Assembly: GCA_016839585.1 (NCBI GenBank)
Contig: JAEOTZ010000054.1
Location: 1 to 36,827, forward strand
Origin: Promethearchaeota archaeon
Lineage (GTDB): Archaea > Asgardarchaeota > Lokiarchaeia > Sigyniarchaeales > SOKP01
Length of the DNA: 36,827 nt
Reading direction: 5' to 3'
Positions 8,176 through 17,083 of the stretch are shown here, piece after piece. The notes under the pieces are model-generated. The model made no database searches. It saw only the letters and a list, made by a program, of their open reading frames with translations, and was not told where the DNA came from. Both the position numbers and the translations under genes were made by a program. The stretch's first letter is position 1. Each line of letters begins with the position of its first letter.

Positions 8176-9240
8176 ATGGGCTTATTTAAGAGAAGGCGAG
8201 AAAAACCGGAAAAGATCTTTAAGATAAATGATTTAGTGGACTTAAGATTAATTAATAAAAAGACTTATATTTATGTTAAGGATAAGCCATTCATTATTTG
8301 TGCTCATTTATTAATGAATATTCCAGTTGAGAGTATTGACCGTTATGATGAAATAAAATCAATTGATGAGACAGTAGAATTGTTTAAGTCAACTGAAAAT
8401 GTTAAATATATGATATCTCCGGAAGAGGAGTTCATGGGACATTGCTCAAACATTCAGGCATTTTTCGAGAACGGATTAAATACAGACATCTTGCATACAA
8501 ATATAGCATTTCCATTATTAAAAGAATTAGTACAAATAGGATACGAGTTAGCGCGAAGAATCTTCAAGGAAGAAATAGTAATAAGATTTAATGAGGGCAC
8601 TAAAAGTTCAAGATTTTTCTTAAATTCAGGAGGATATCTCGATTATCTTAATGAAGAAGAGAAACAGGCATTAAGAGGCTATAAATCTACATGGTTTCAA
8701 AGAGTGGTCTCTCCTGATTTTATGTTTAAATTAGTCATTTTGGGCGATGATAATGTAGGAAGATCAACATTAGCATTAGACTATTTAAACTCACGGGATT
8801 ATAATCCTCGTCCTCCTATTGGAACAAATCTTGCTATAAAAGACATAGTATTAAATAACAATAATATTAGATTACAAATTTGGTTTCTTTCTAATCTTAA
8901 TATACATGAAAAACTGTGGAGATTATATTTATCTGGATCTTTAGGAGCATTAATCTTATATGATATAACTAACACCAATTCTATGAAAAATATACCTAAA
9001 TGGATTCAGAGAATTAGAGAAAATAAATGGATTCAATCCAGAGGAGATATTCCAATACTCTTGGTAGGGAATAAACTTGATTTACAAGAGAATCGAGTAG
9101 TATCTAAAGAAGAGGTAATTAAAATCAAAAGTAAACACAATCTAACAGAAAGTATGGAAATTTCTTTGAAAACAGGTGAAAATTGTGTGGAAATGTTTGA
9201 TGAAATTACAAAGTTGATATATCAAGCTAATTTTTTTTGA
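8176..9240 (+). CDS. Lokiarchaeal N-terminal domain fused to a degenerate Rab-like small GTPase
   Basis: The N-terminal 'SPEEEFMGHCSNIQA...LH.NIAFPLLKEL' domain is one I recall from Loki LRR proteins. The C-terminal half has FKLVILGDDNVGRST, RLQIWF, LILYDIT, LVGNKLD and EISLKTG. Confidence 0.8.
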   Translation: MGLFKRRREKPEKIFKINDLVDLRLINKKTYIYVKDKPFIICAHLLMNIPVESIDRYDEIKSIDETVELFKSTENVKYMISPEEEFMGHCSNIQAFFENGLNTDILHTNIAFPLLKELVQIGYELARRIFKEEIVIRFNEGTKSSRFFLNSGGYLDYLNEEEKQALRGYKSTWFQRVVSPDFMFKLVILGDDNVGRSTLALDYLNSRDYNPRPPIGTNLAIKDIVLNNNNIRLQIWFLSNLNIHEKLWRLYLSGSLGALILYDITNTNSMKNIPKWIQRIRENKWIQSRGDIPILLVGNKLDLQENRVVSKEEVIKIKSKHNLTESMEISLKTGENCVEMFDEITKLIYQANFF

Positions 9241-9248
9241 ACTCTTGT

Positions 9249-9866
9249 TTAACTAGATTTCTGAAAGAATTTTATTGTAAAGTCTATCAAATTTGAGATA
9301 TATTCAATGAGTTCTTCGTCATTATCAAAAAAGTCCATTACAAATATGTGATGATGAATTAAGGCTTCAATTAGATTGTAAATGAAGGTAAACCTTTTAA
9401 TAAGTCTTTCTTCGGGAATTTTTTTGAACACCATTGTACTTGTCCTAAGATTTTTAGACGTGTCTTTACATATTTCGAGAACCTTATTTTGAAAGGCTTT
9501 CCGTACTTCTTTATGAGATAATATTGAATGTCTTAAAGCTATGCGATACCCTAAATTTTTCCGTTGATTTTCAATATCTTTTGAGATAAAAGGTTTAAAA
9601 ATTTCGGGAATATTGCTAAGGTCGAAAGCTTTGAAATTTTCAATATCTAAAACCATATCTTTTGATTTTTCGAAGTATTTGATTAGAATATCAGATTTTC
9701 CTTTGGGAAAATAATGATATATTGTTCCTACACTAATTTGAGCTTTTTTTGCTATTTTATTTGTGCTGGCTCTATGGAAACCTTTCTCTAATATGAGTTT
9801 AAAAAAGGAATCGTAAATTAGTTTAATTTTTTCTTCCTTATTCCTCTCAATTTTTCGTTTTGACAT
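9249..9866 (-). CDS. TetR/AcrR-family transcriptional regulator
   Basis: HTH 'KGFHRASTNKIAKKAQISVGTIYHYFPKGK'. The likely start is ATG 9866 (MSKRK); the longer ORF would overlap the divergent gene and the operators. Confidence 0.9.
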   Translation of the reverse strand: MSKRKIERNKEEKIKLIYDSFFKLILEKGFHRASTNKIAKKAQISVGTIYHYFPKGKSDILIKYFEKSKDMVLDIENFKAFDLSNIPEIFKPFISKDIENQRKNLGYRIALRHSILSHKEVRKAFQNKVLEICKDTSKNLRTSTMVFKKIPEERLIKRFTFIYNLIEALIHHHIFVMDFFDNDEELIEYISNLIDFTIKFFQKSS

Positions 9867-9875
9867 GATCAATCC

Positions 9876-9947
9876 TATTGAGTTACTACTCAATAACTTT
9901 AAATATGAATGATACCTTATATATTTTATTGAGCTAATGCTCAATAA
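9876..9947. promoter_or_regulatory. Two perfect TetR-type operators TATTGAGY-N4-RCTCAATA
   Basis: TATTGAGT-TACT-ACTCAATA at 9876-9895 and TTATTGAGC-TAAT-GCTCAATAA at 9926-9947, between the divergent tetR and DUF998 genes. Confidence 0.8.
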
Positions 9948-9982
9948 GAAAATTTGAAAAAGTAAATAAGGAGGTAAAATAA

Positions 9983-10618
9983 GTGGAAAGATTGAATGGT
10001 TTTTATGAAAAATTCCCTGGAAGTTATTTTGCGTATATTGCATTTATTTTCGCAGTAATTTTTATGTTAATTTCGGTAATACTTTACAATGATCCAGCAT
10101 TTAGCCTTTTTACTCATTATATCAGTGATTTGGGTGCTTCAACAAAAGGTTCGTCACTTTTGTGGAATACTAGTATGATTATTGTTGCTCCCTTGAGAGT
10201 TGTTTTTGGATTTTACCTACTGACCTTTTTAAAGACAAAAGGTTCTAATGAAAAATCTATCAAAATAACAGCTTATACCATTGTTATTGCTGCTGTAGGA
10301 TCTGTCATCATTGCCTTAAATCCTCATGATGTCTCGCGAATGTTTCACATGATTGGTGCATTTATTTATTTCTTCGGTGTTGTTATCATTCAAGTAAAGA
10401 TATCCAAAATGGAGCTAAATGCAGAAGATATACCAAAATACTTACCAGTCATCGGATTAGTTGTAGTTGTAAATTACGCATTATTCCTTAGCTTTGAAAT
10501 TTCTGAAATAATTTCAGATTTATTCAGGTTTTTAGCATGTTTTTTTGAATGGATGGCTCTATTTAGTATATTAGGATGGCTTTTAATACATGGATTGTAT
10601 CTCCATAAAATAAAATAA
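9983..10618 (+). CDS. DUF998-family membrane protein
   Basis: About 6 hydrophobic helices, 'HYISDLGA' motif, conserved His in 'FHMIGA', and AAGGAGGT Shine-Dalgarno before the GTG. Confidence 0.7.
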   Translation: MERLNGFYEKFPGSYFAYIAFIFAVIFMLISVILYNDPAFSLFTHYISDLGASTKGSSLLWNTSMIIVAPLRVVFGFYLLTFLKTKGSNEKSIKITAYTIVIAAVGSVIIALNPHDVSRMFHMIGAFIYFFGVVIIQVKISKMELNAEDIPKYLPVIGLVVVVNYALFLSFEISEIISDLFRFLACFFEWMALFSILGWLLIHGLYLHKIK

Positions 10619-10626
10619 ATTTTAAT

Positions 10627-11340
10627 TTATTTCTTTTCTATTTTTTTAAATTCTGGTAGGTTATCTGGTGGCCATGCTCGAGCTGTACTACCATCTTTTA
10701 TATATCGGAAATCGCATAGAGGAGCGCCATTTCCTATAGTTTGAGTACGTTTAAAGCCGTATCCGTAGGCTTGAGCCATTGCAAAATCGCTTATGCATAC
10801 AATTGGCATAAAATGTTCAGCACCTTGATTTTTATAAAACTTATAAACACCGCATTCATAATAATCTCTGCCATAGGTAAAAGTTTCGCCATCTCCTTCA
10901 ACGAACTCAAATACCCAATCACCTGGGTACTTGCGTAGTTTAGAAATTTTAGCATTTTCTTTATCTCGGTTTATATATTCTTCGCTAAAAATATCATCTG
11001 TAGGCGGTATAAATTTATAAAATGCTTCGAATAAATCATAAGTCAATTTACCAATCTTATAAAAGTCTAGTCCTTCTTTCTCAAAAAATCGAAGGAATGG
11101 TAGTAAAAGCGCACTGTTAATAAGATCTTCAGTGAGCCTATTATTTTTTCCTCCAACATAAGGGATTTGAGGCAATAACATCTCAAAATCTTTTCGTGCT
11201 TTAGGGATAAATTCTTCAACCTTAACTTCGCCAAAATTTTCAATTAGAATACTTTTTACTATTTGTGTTGCCGCACCAAAAAGTCTCATTAGAGATCTCT
11301 TATTTTTAATATAATATTCTTTTTCTTCTTCATTTGGCAA
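10627..11340 (-). CDS. L-2-amino-thiazoline-4-carboxylic acid hydrolase-family protein
   Basis: 'ECGVYKFY', 'CISDF', 'RTQTIGNGAPLCDFRY'. Confidence 0.8.
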   Translation of the reverse strand: MPNEEEKEYYIKNKRSLMRLFGAATQIVKSILIENFGEVKVEEFIPKARKDFEMLLPQIPYVGGKNNRLTEDLINSALLLPFLRFFEKEGLDFYKIGKLTYDLFEAFYKFIPPTDDIFSEEYINRDKENAKISKLRKYPGDWVFEFVEGDGETFTYGRDYYECGVYKFYKNQGAEHFMPIVCISDFAMAQAYGYGFKRTQTIGNGAPLCDFRYIKDGSTARAWPPDNLPEFKKIEKK

Positions 11341-11739
11341 TACATTTAACGCCTTAATATTTTTTAATTACATCATTATAGATTTTCTTATTTGTGTTAG
11401 AAATATAAAAATTAGGTTTTATTTTAAAATTTTTATTTATTTTTTTGAGAAAATCTATAACCCCTCATTTTTCATATATGAAAAAAATATTCGTTTTTTA
11501 TATATAGGAATTTTAAAAAATAAGTAAGTAAAAAAGTCTAGGGCTTCAATTGAGTCTTCGTGATAATATAAGCACAAGCTAAATTCTTCAATAAATGATG
11601 AGAAAATATCCCCTCGGATTGAAAAGGCAATAATTATGCATAAAAAAGAATTAAAATCTCTCTATATTGACAGCAGTGTTATTTTTCTTTAAGTAGTAAT
11701 TAATATACAATCATAATTAAGATAGGGAGCAAAGAGAAA

Positions 11740-12081
11740 ATGTCTCAAGAAGAAGATATTAGAGAAAGTTTTCAAGTGTTGGATGTTATTAAACTCAAGT
11801 TAAATGAAATCCTAATTAAAGGAATCAATAGCTTAAGTAATGAAAACAACTCAGAACTCGTTAATTTAACACAAAAGTTAGAGGAGATGAATTTTTCGAC
11901 TCTTAGCAAACACTTAAAATCATTTAATGAGAAATTGAAAAAAATGATTCAGAAACCAGTTCCAATGAATTTAAAGAAAGATATTTCAATAGAAATTTTG
12001 AAGATAATAAGTATAGCTAGAATACTTGAACGGATTATGACACTTGAAAGTGTTAAAAAAATTCTAAAAAGGGGGAATTAA
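11740..12081 (+). CDS. Hypothetical helical protein, first gene of the MoxR-VWA operon
   Basis: 113-aa ORF, 4 nt from the next gene. Confidence 0.7.
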   Translation: MSQEEDIRESFQVLDVIKLKLNEILIKGINSLSNENNSELVNLTQKLEEMNFSTLSKHLKSFNEKLKKMIQKPVPMNLKKDISIEILKIISIARILERIMTLESVKKILKRGN

Positions 12082-12085
12082 ACTA

Positions 12086-13228
12086 GTGAATGTTCAATTA
12101 GAAAAAGTAGCCGTCCAAATAAAGGATTATACTGAAAGTTTGGCCTTTAATGGATTGAATTTTGTTTCAAATGATAACATTAAAAAAATAGAATTTTTCT
12201 TACATAATGCATCTCAGTTAGAAGCATATCGATTGGCCACATCATTAAGATATTTACATATTGAATTAAAACGATTTCTTAAGAATCGAAGTATTTTCAA
12301 TATCGAAAGGTATGTCTTTTTCCTTAGCAACTGTTGGCTTTTAAGTCGAGCTTTCGTCTCTGAAAAAGACCTTAGGGATAAGAACCCAGACATTTTTAAC
12401 AGCTTAATGGGAACTCAATTAAATCCTAAAATAAGAAGTAAATTCATTCTCAAGGTAGTCGGAATAGAGAAAATACACCTAGAAGGAACTATTGTAGGAT
12501 TTGTTTTTTATTTTCTATCCTTATTTGGAAAGACAAGAAATAAAATATTAAAGTGGAACTTAATGCTTCCATATAAAACTGGAGTGACTCCAGAATCCTT
12601 ATTACATCATGATCTACCTAATTCAGATCCCTCAAGCGTGGTTAACACCATTCTTTCAAAGTATATTGAAGCAGACAACTTACCCTACGTTGAGAAGGAG
12701 GATATTATTTACTTGGAAAAAAATCCTAAATCTAAAATATATATTGATGAAGAATCATCCGAGGATACTCACGTTTCTATCAAAAAATTAGATAAATATT
12801 ATCTTAATGCAAAAGAAATTTATCAAAAAAATTTCAAAGATTATGAGGTAACTCCTTTTGATTTACCAGCAAGCATTTTGGATTATTTGTATGTTAAAGA
12901 TGTATATGTGATAGATTTTCAAAAAGAAGGAATAGAAGGAGATAGAACTCCTACTTTTGTTTTTGAACTAACTCATAGGGAAGATTATCCACTAGTTATC
13001 AGAATTCCCGAGAAGCAAGGAAATCTAAAATTAATTGAAGAATTCAAAAAATTAAAGGGTAGAAGGACCTCCATTGATGGGATTTTTTGCAAGATAATTC
13101 CGGAAAATGGGCAACTTAGTTTATATCCCCTTAGTATTATTAATAATAATCAAATTTCATATCCAAATCTTAAAAAAATTGCTCGAGATAATAGAGCATT
13201 GTTAAAATCAACGTATAAAATAAAATAA
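12086..13228 (+). CDS. Hypothetical protein in the MoxR-VWA operon
   Basis: 380-aa ORF with GGGGG Shine-Dalgarno-like sequence upstream. No motif recognised. Confidence 0.75.
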   Translation: MNVQLEKVAVQIKDYTESLAFNGLNFVSNDNIKKIEFFLHNASQLEAYRLATSLRYLHIELKRFLKNRSIFNIERYVFFLSNCWLLSRAFVSEKDLRDKNPDIFNSLMGTQLNPKIRSKFILKVVGIEKIHLEGTIVGFVFYFLSLFGKTRNKILKWNLMLPYKTGVTPESLLHHDLPNSDPSSVVNTILSKYIEADNLPYVEKEDIIYLEKNPKSKIYIDEESSEDTHVSIKKLDKYYLNAKEIYQKNFKDYEVTPFDLPASILDYLYVKDVYVIDFQKEGIEGDRTPTFVFELTHREDYPLVIRIPEKQGNLKLIEEFKKLKGRRTSIDGIFCKIIPENGQLSLYPLSIINNNQISYPNLKKIARDNRALLKSTYKIK

Positions 13229-13260
13229 TTAAAAATTAAAAAAAAAAGAAATGATAAATT

Positions 13261-14589
13261 ATGGAAAAAAAAAAAGTACCACAGAAATCAACTACACCTA
13301 AATCTTTTACAAAAATAACACCCCCAGCTTCAAAAAATACATCACCATCTCCTCCAAAAAAGAAACCTCCAACTTCCAAGACTACAACAACAAAAAAACC
13401 AACTCCAGCTCTCCGTAAAATTCCTAAAATATCACTTGGGTCTAATAAAAAATCAAGTAAAACAGAAAATGAGAAAATTCGATTTCCTGCTGAAGAATTG
13501 CATAAAGAAGAATTAAAAGCATTAATTCAAAATGATACGTATCCAAAACCCCCAAATTGGCAATTATCACCAAAGATGGTTGAATTATTTATTACAGGTT
13601 CGAATGAGGAATTTCCATTAAAAGTAAATGGTACTCAGAAAAAAATAAAAATTTCTACTAAATTCTATGGACAACGGGATCTCATTCAGAAATCAATTGT
13701 GACACTAGCGAGCGAACGAGCACTCATGTTAATAGGAGAACCAGGAACAGCAAAATCTTGGCTATCAGAACATCTTTCTGCTGCGATTAGCGGCACGAGT
13801 ACATATCTAATTCAAGGAACGGCGGGAACAACTGAGGACCAAATTAGATATTCTTGGAATTATGCCCTCCTCGTTTCAGAAGGTCCTAGTCCAGAATCAT
13901 TAGTACCTTCCCCTACGATAAATGCAATGAGAGAAGGGAGGATATTAAGATTTGAAGAATTAACACGGTGTCCCCAAGAAATTCAGGATAGCATGATATC
14001 GATCCTCTCAGAAAAGGTCATCCCTATCGCGGAGTTGGGTTCTGAGTATTTAATATTCGGAATTCCAGGATTCAATGTAGTTGCCAGTGCTAATGATCGA
14101 GATAGAGGGGTAAATGAAATGAGTGCGGCTCTAAAACGCCGTTTCAATTTTATATACATTCCGGTAATTCAAGATAAGAGTTTAGAAAGAAAGATTGTAT
14201 TGCAACGAACGAATGATTTATTGACAAAGATAGGTTTTAAAATCCAGATTCCCGAGGATACATTAGATTTGTTAATTACTGTTTTTCAAGAATTGAGAAC
14301 AGGACGTAGCACGAGTGGCGGACGATTTACTCCTATCTCGACTGTAATGTCCACTTCAGAAGAGATTTCCTTGCTCTTCGATAGCGCTATATATGCAAAA
14401 TTCTTTGGTAAATCAGAGGTCCAACCGAAACATGTAGCTATGAACCTTATAAGTGCAATTGTAAAGGATGATAAAGAAAACCTTCCTAAATTAAGAGAAT
14501 ATTTTAATATGGTCGCTAGGGTGAGAGCAAACAAATCAGATACTTGGAAAGAATTTGCCAATGCATTCAAAAAACACGCAACTTATTAA
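13261..14589 (+). CDS. MoxR-type AAA+ ATPase, YehL-like
   Basis: Walker A 'GEPGTAKSWLSEHL', 'IQGTAGTTEDQIRYSWNYALL', Walker B 'RFEELTR', and 'ANDRDRGVNEMSAALKRRFNF'. Confidence 0.9.
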   Translation: MEKKKVPQKSTTPKSFTKITPPASKNTSPSPPKKKPPTSKTTTTKKPTPALRKIPKISLGSNKKSSKTENEKIRFPAEELHKEELKALIQNDTYPKPPNWQLSPKMVELFITGSNEEFPLKVNGTQKKIKISTKFYGQRDLIQKSIVTLASERALMLIGEPGTAKSWLSEHLSAAISGTSTYLIQGTAGTTEDQIRYSWNYALLVSEGPSPESLVPSPTINAMREGRILRFEELTRCPQEIQDSMISILSEKVIPIAELGSEYLIFGIPGFNVVASANDRDRGVNEMSAALKRRFNFIYIPVIQDKSLERKIVLQRTNDLLTKIGFKIQIPEDTLDLLITVFQELRTGRSTSGGRFTPISTVMSTSEEISLLFDSAIYAKFFGKSEVQPKHVAMNLISAIVKDDKENLPKLREYFNMVARVRANKSDTWKEFANAFKKHATY

Positions 14590-14594
14590 AATCC

Positions 14595-17078
14595 ATGAGT
14601 GATACATACTTAAGTGCTGCTAATCTCAAAAAGATACTTTTTGAGATAGGAACTTCATTGGGGGTTGACAATTCAGATATTGATGCCAAGGTTGATAAAG
14701 TAAAGAAATCCGAAATAATTTATTTACCCATTCGTCACCATTCACCAGGCTCCACAATATTAGTAAAGAAATGGATTGAAAAGTACGAACCTAAGTTAAT
14801 CTTGGTTGAAGGTCCAGCCTTAGCAGATAATTTAATCAAGTACATGGTTGAACGAGATACAATCCCTCCAATTGCGATTCTTTCGCTTTTTGCAGATACC
14901 AATAATACCTTTGGTTTGAATGGAATTCTTAGTCCTGATAAATTAGTACCCGCAAAATTTGAAGCATATTATCCCTTTGTATCATACTCTCCTGAACTCG
15001 TCGCTCTCTCAGAAGCCATTAAAAAAAAAATTCCTATTCATTTCATTGATCTACCACTCACGGGACTAATTTCATGTTCTTCTGCGAATTTAAAGGATCC
15101 TTCTAAAAAGGTAGATCTATTCAATATAGAGGGAGAATCTATTTACAATTTAAGCAAATTCTACAAAAAATTTGCTCAAGTATTTGATTTTGAGGATTTC
15201 AATGAATCTTGGGAGACTTTATTTGAAATAGGTGCCAATAAATCCGATATTGACGAGCTGAGGGAGAGTATGCTCTTATTTTGTGCGTTTATTCGACAGA
15301 CAACAGACATGAAAATACTCAAAGCAAATAGTACGCTTACAAGAGAATCATATATGAAACACAACATCGAAACTTATAAGAAGAAATATAAGGTTAAGGA
15401 CAAAGATATACTGGTAATAACTGGTGGTATACACTCTATTGCATTGCCAGATACTCTTCCGCAATCATATCCTTTTCCGACAAAACAATTGATTAATTCG
15501 TTAGTACCCTATTCTTATTACAGAATAAGTCAAAAATCGGGTTATATGTCCGGAAATCAAGCACCCCAATTTTATAATAGTATTTGGAAAAAATTCACTT
15601 CACAAGTGGAGCATCCATATTCAGCAGTTGCATTAGAATTTATTACTGATATATTTAAAGATGCCCGTGTAAAGGGAAATGTCGTATCCATTTCCGATTC
15701 TATTAATTCTTACCAGGGTGCTAAGATGTTGGCAATGTTACGAAGACGGGAAGAACCTGATCTCAAGGATGTTATCGATTCCATTTATATGGTATTGGTT
15801 AAGGGTAATCCAGAAATTGAGGGAAAATATCTTGACTCCTTGATTCAAGAAAAATCTATCGGGTATAAAGTTGGTAAGGTTACCAAGAATATTGGCAGAT
15901 TACCCCTTCAAAAGGATTTTTACCTCCAGTTGGAAGCTCATGGGATTGATCCTGAGGAAAAGGTCCAACAAAAGATTATTAATTTACGGGAAGAAGCCGA
16001 ATCGAAATTATCACAATTATTCTGGAAAATTAAATTTTTAGGAATTGATTACGCACACCGCTTGCTAGGTCCCGATATACTTAAGGGAGATACCGGAATA
16101 TTCACTGAAAAATGGAGCCTAAAATGGAATCCAAGAATTGATGCGAAGCTCGTGGAATTGAGCACGTATGGAGCAACCTTGGAAGAAGCCAGTAAAAACA
16201 TGTTAGTCGAAGAAACCAAGAAGAACGTGAAAAATTTCGGCATTATTACGAATCTTTTATTTCAAAGTCTTTCAATGGGTTATACTGATCATTTCAAGGA
16301 TTTACACAAAGAGTGCTTAAACTCGCTTGAAGTGGATAACCAGTTTTTAAGCTTAACAGAGGGATTCTTTAATTTAATAATGATCTTTCAATTCATGGCG
16401 ATGATGGGTTGTTCGAAAGATGATATGGATCTCATGGAACAACTCATTCAGCGGAGCTATTACACCTGCTGTTTTTCCATACCAAATTTTGCAAATCCGC
16501 CGAGTGGAGATGAAGTAAAATATATTGATGCAATGAAAATGCTAGCAAACACGTTAATATCAATTCAAAATATCGAGATCGATTTGAATGTATATATTGA
16601 AAGCATAAACACTTGTGTTGAAAATACAAGTAACGAGTTCATCAAAGGGGGGACTGTTGGTATTCTCTATTTATTAAACTACATGAAGGTTAAGGAAATC
16701 GAAACGTTAATTTATGAATATTTGAATAGTATTGACTCTATAAAAGTAAAAATTGGTGATTTAATTCGAGGACTCATTTATGTATGTCAAGCAAAGCTAA
16801 TATTCAATCAAGATATAATACGGGTGTTAGCTAAAGTTGTTGAGACTATAGAGTGGGAGGTGTTTTCTGCCATTTTACCGCCATTGAGAAAAGCATTTTC
16901 CGAACTTCACCCAACTGAATACGATATTTTCGTGGAAAAACTGGCTGAACATTATGGATTAATAAAAAGGAAGCATGCGGAATTGATGGATATTGTTGAA
17001 GAGGATGTAAAAAATTTCTTCAAGATCGTAGATGAGAAGGTGAAAAAAATATTTGAAGAATGGTTTGGAGAGGTATAA
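14595..17078 (+). CDS. DUF5682 / YehM-like protein
   Basis: 'PIRHHSPG', 'ILVEGP', 'YYPF..YSPE..A', 'FIDLP', 'RE.YM', 'VITGGIH', 'PYSYYR...SGY.SG'. ATG 14595 follows the ATPase stop. Confidence 0.85.
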   Translation: MSDTYLSAANLKKILFEIGTSLGVDNSDIDAKVDKVKKSEIIYLPIRHHSPGSTILVKKWIEKYEPKLILVEGPALADNLIKYMVERDTIPPIAILSLFADTNNTFGLNGILSPDKLVPAKFEAYYPFVSYSPELVALSEAIKKKIPIHFIDLPLTGLISCSSANLKDPSKKVDLFNIEGESIYNLSKFYKKFAQVFDFEDFNESWETLFEIGANKSDIDELRESMLLFCAFIRQTTDMKILKANSTLTRESYMKHNIETYKKKYKVKDKDILVITGGIHSIALPDTLPQSYPFPTKQLINSLVPYSYYRISQKSGYMSGNQAPQFYNSIWKKFTSQVEHPYSAVALEFITDIFKDARVKGNVVSISDSINSYQGAKMLAMLRRREEPDLKDVIDSIYMVLVKGNPEIEGKYLDSLIQEKSIGYKVGKVTKNIGRLPLQKDFYLQLEAHGIDPEEKVQQKIINLREEAESKLSQLFWKIKFLGIDYAHRLLGPDILKGDTGIFTEKWSLKWNPRIDAKLVELSTYGATLEEASKNMLVEETKKNVKNFGIITNLLFQSLSMGYTDHFKDLHKECLNSLEVDNQFLSLTEGFFNLIMIFQFMAMMGCSKDDMDLMEQLIQRSYYTCCFSIPNFANPPSGDEVKYIDAMKMLANTLISIQNIEIDLNVYIESINTCVENTSNEFIKGGTVGILYLLNYMKVKEIETLIYEYLNSIDSIKVKIGDLIRGLIYVCQAKLIFNQDIIRVLAKVVETIEWEVFSAILPPLRKAFSELHPTEYDIFVEKLAEHYGLIKRKHAELMDIVEEDVKNFFKIVDEKVKKIFEEWFGEV

Positions 17079-17083
17079 TATAA

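Noticed and set aside
9867-10043. 59-aa N-terminal extension of the TetR ORF in the track
   Set aside because: It overlaps the divergent gene and both operators, and the TetR domain starts at ATG 9866.
11341-11739. Possible small ORF or ncRNA in the long intergenic region before the MoxR operon
   Set aside because: I found no convincing ORF, SD or stable hairpin by eye. A covariance-model search would be needed.
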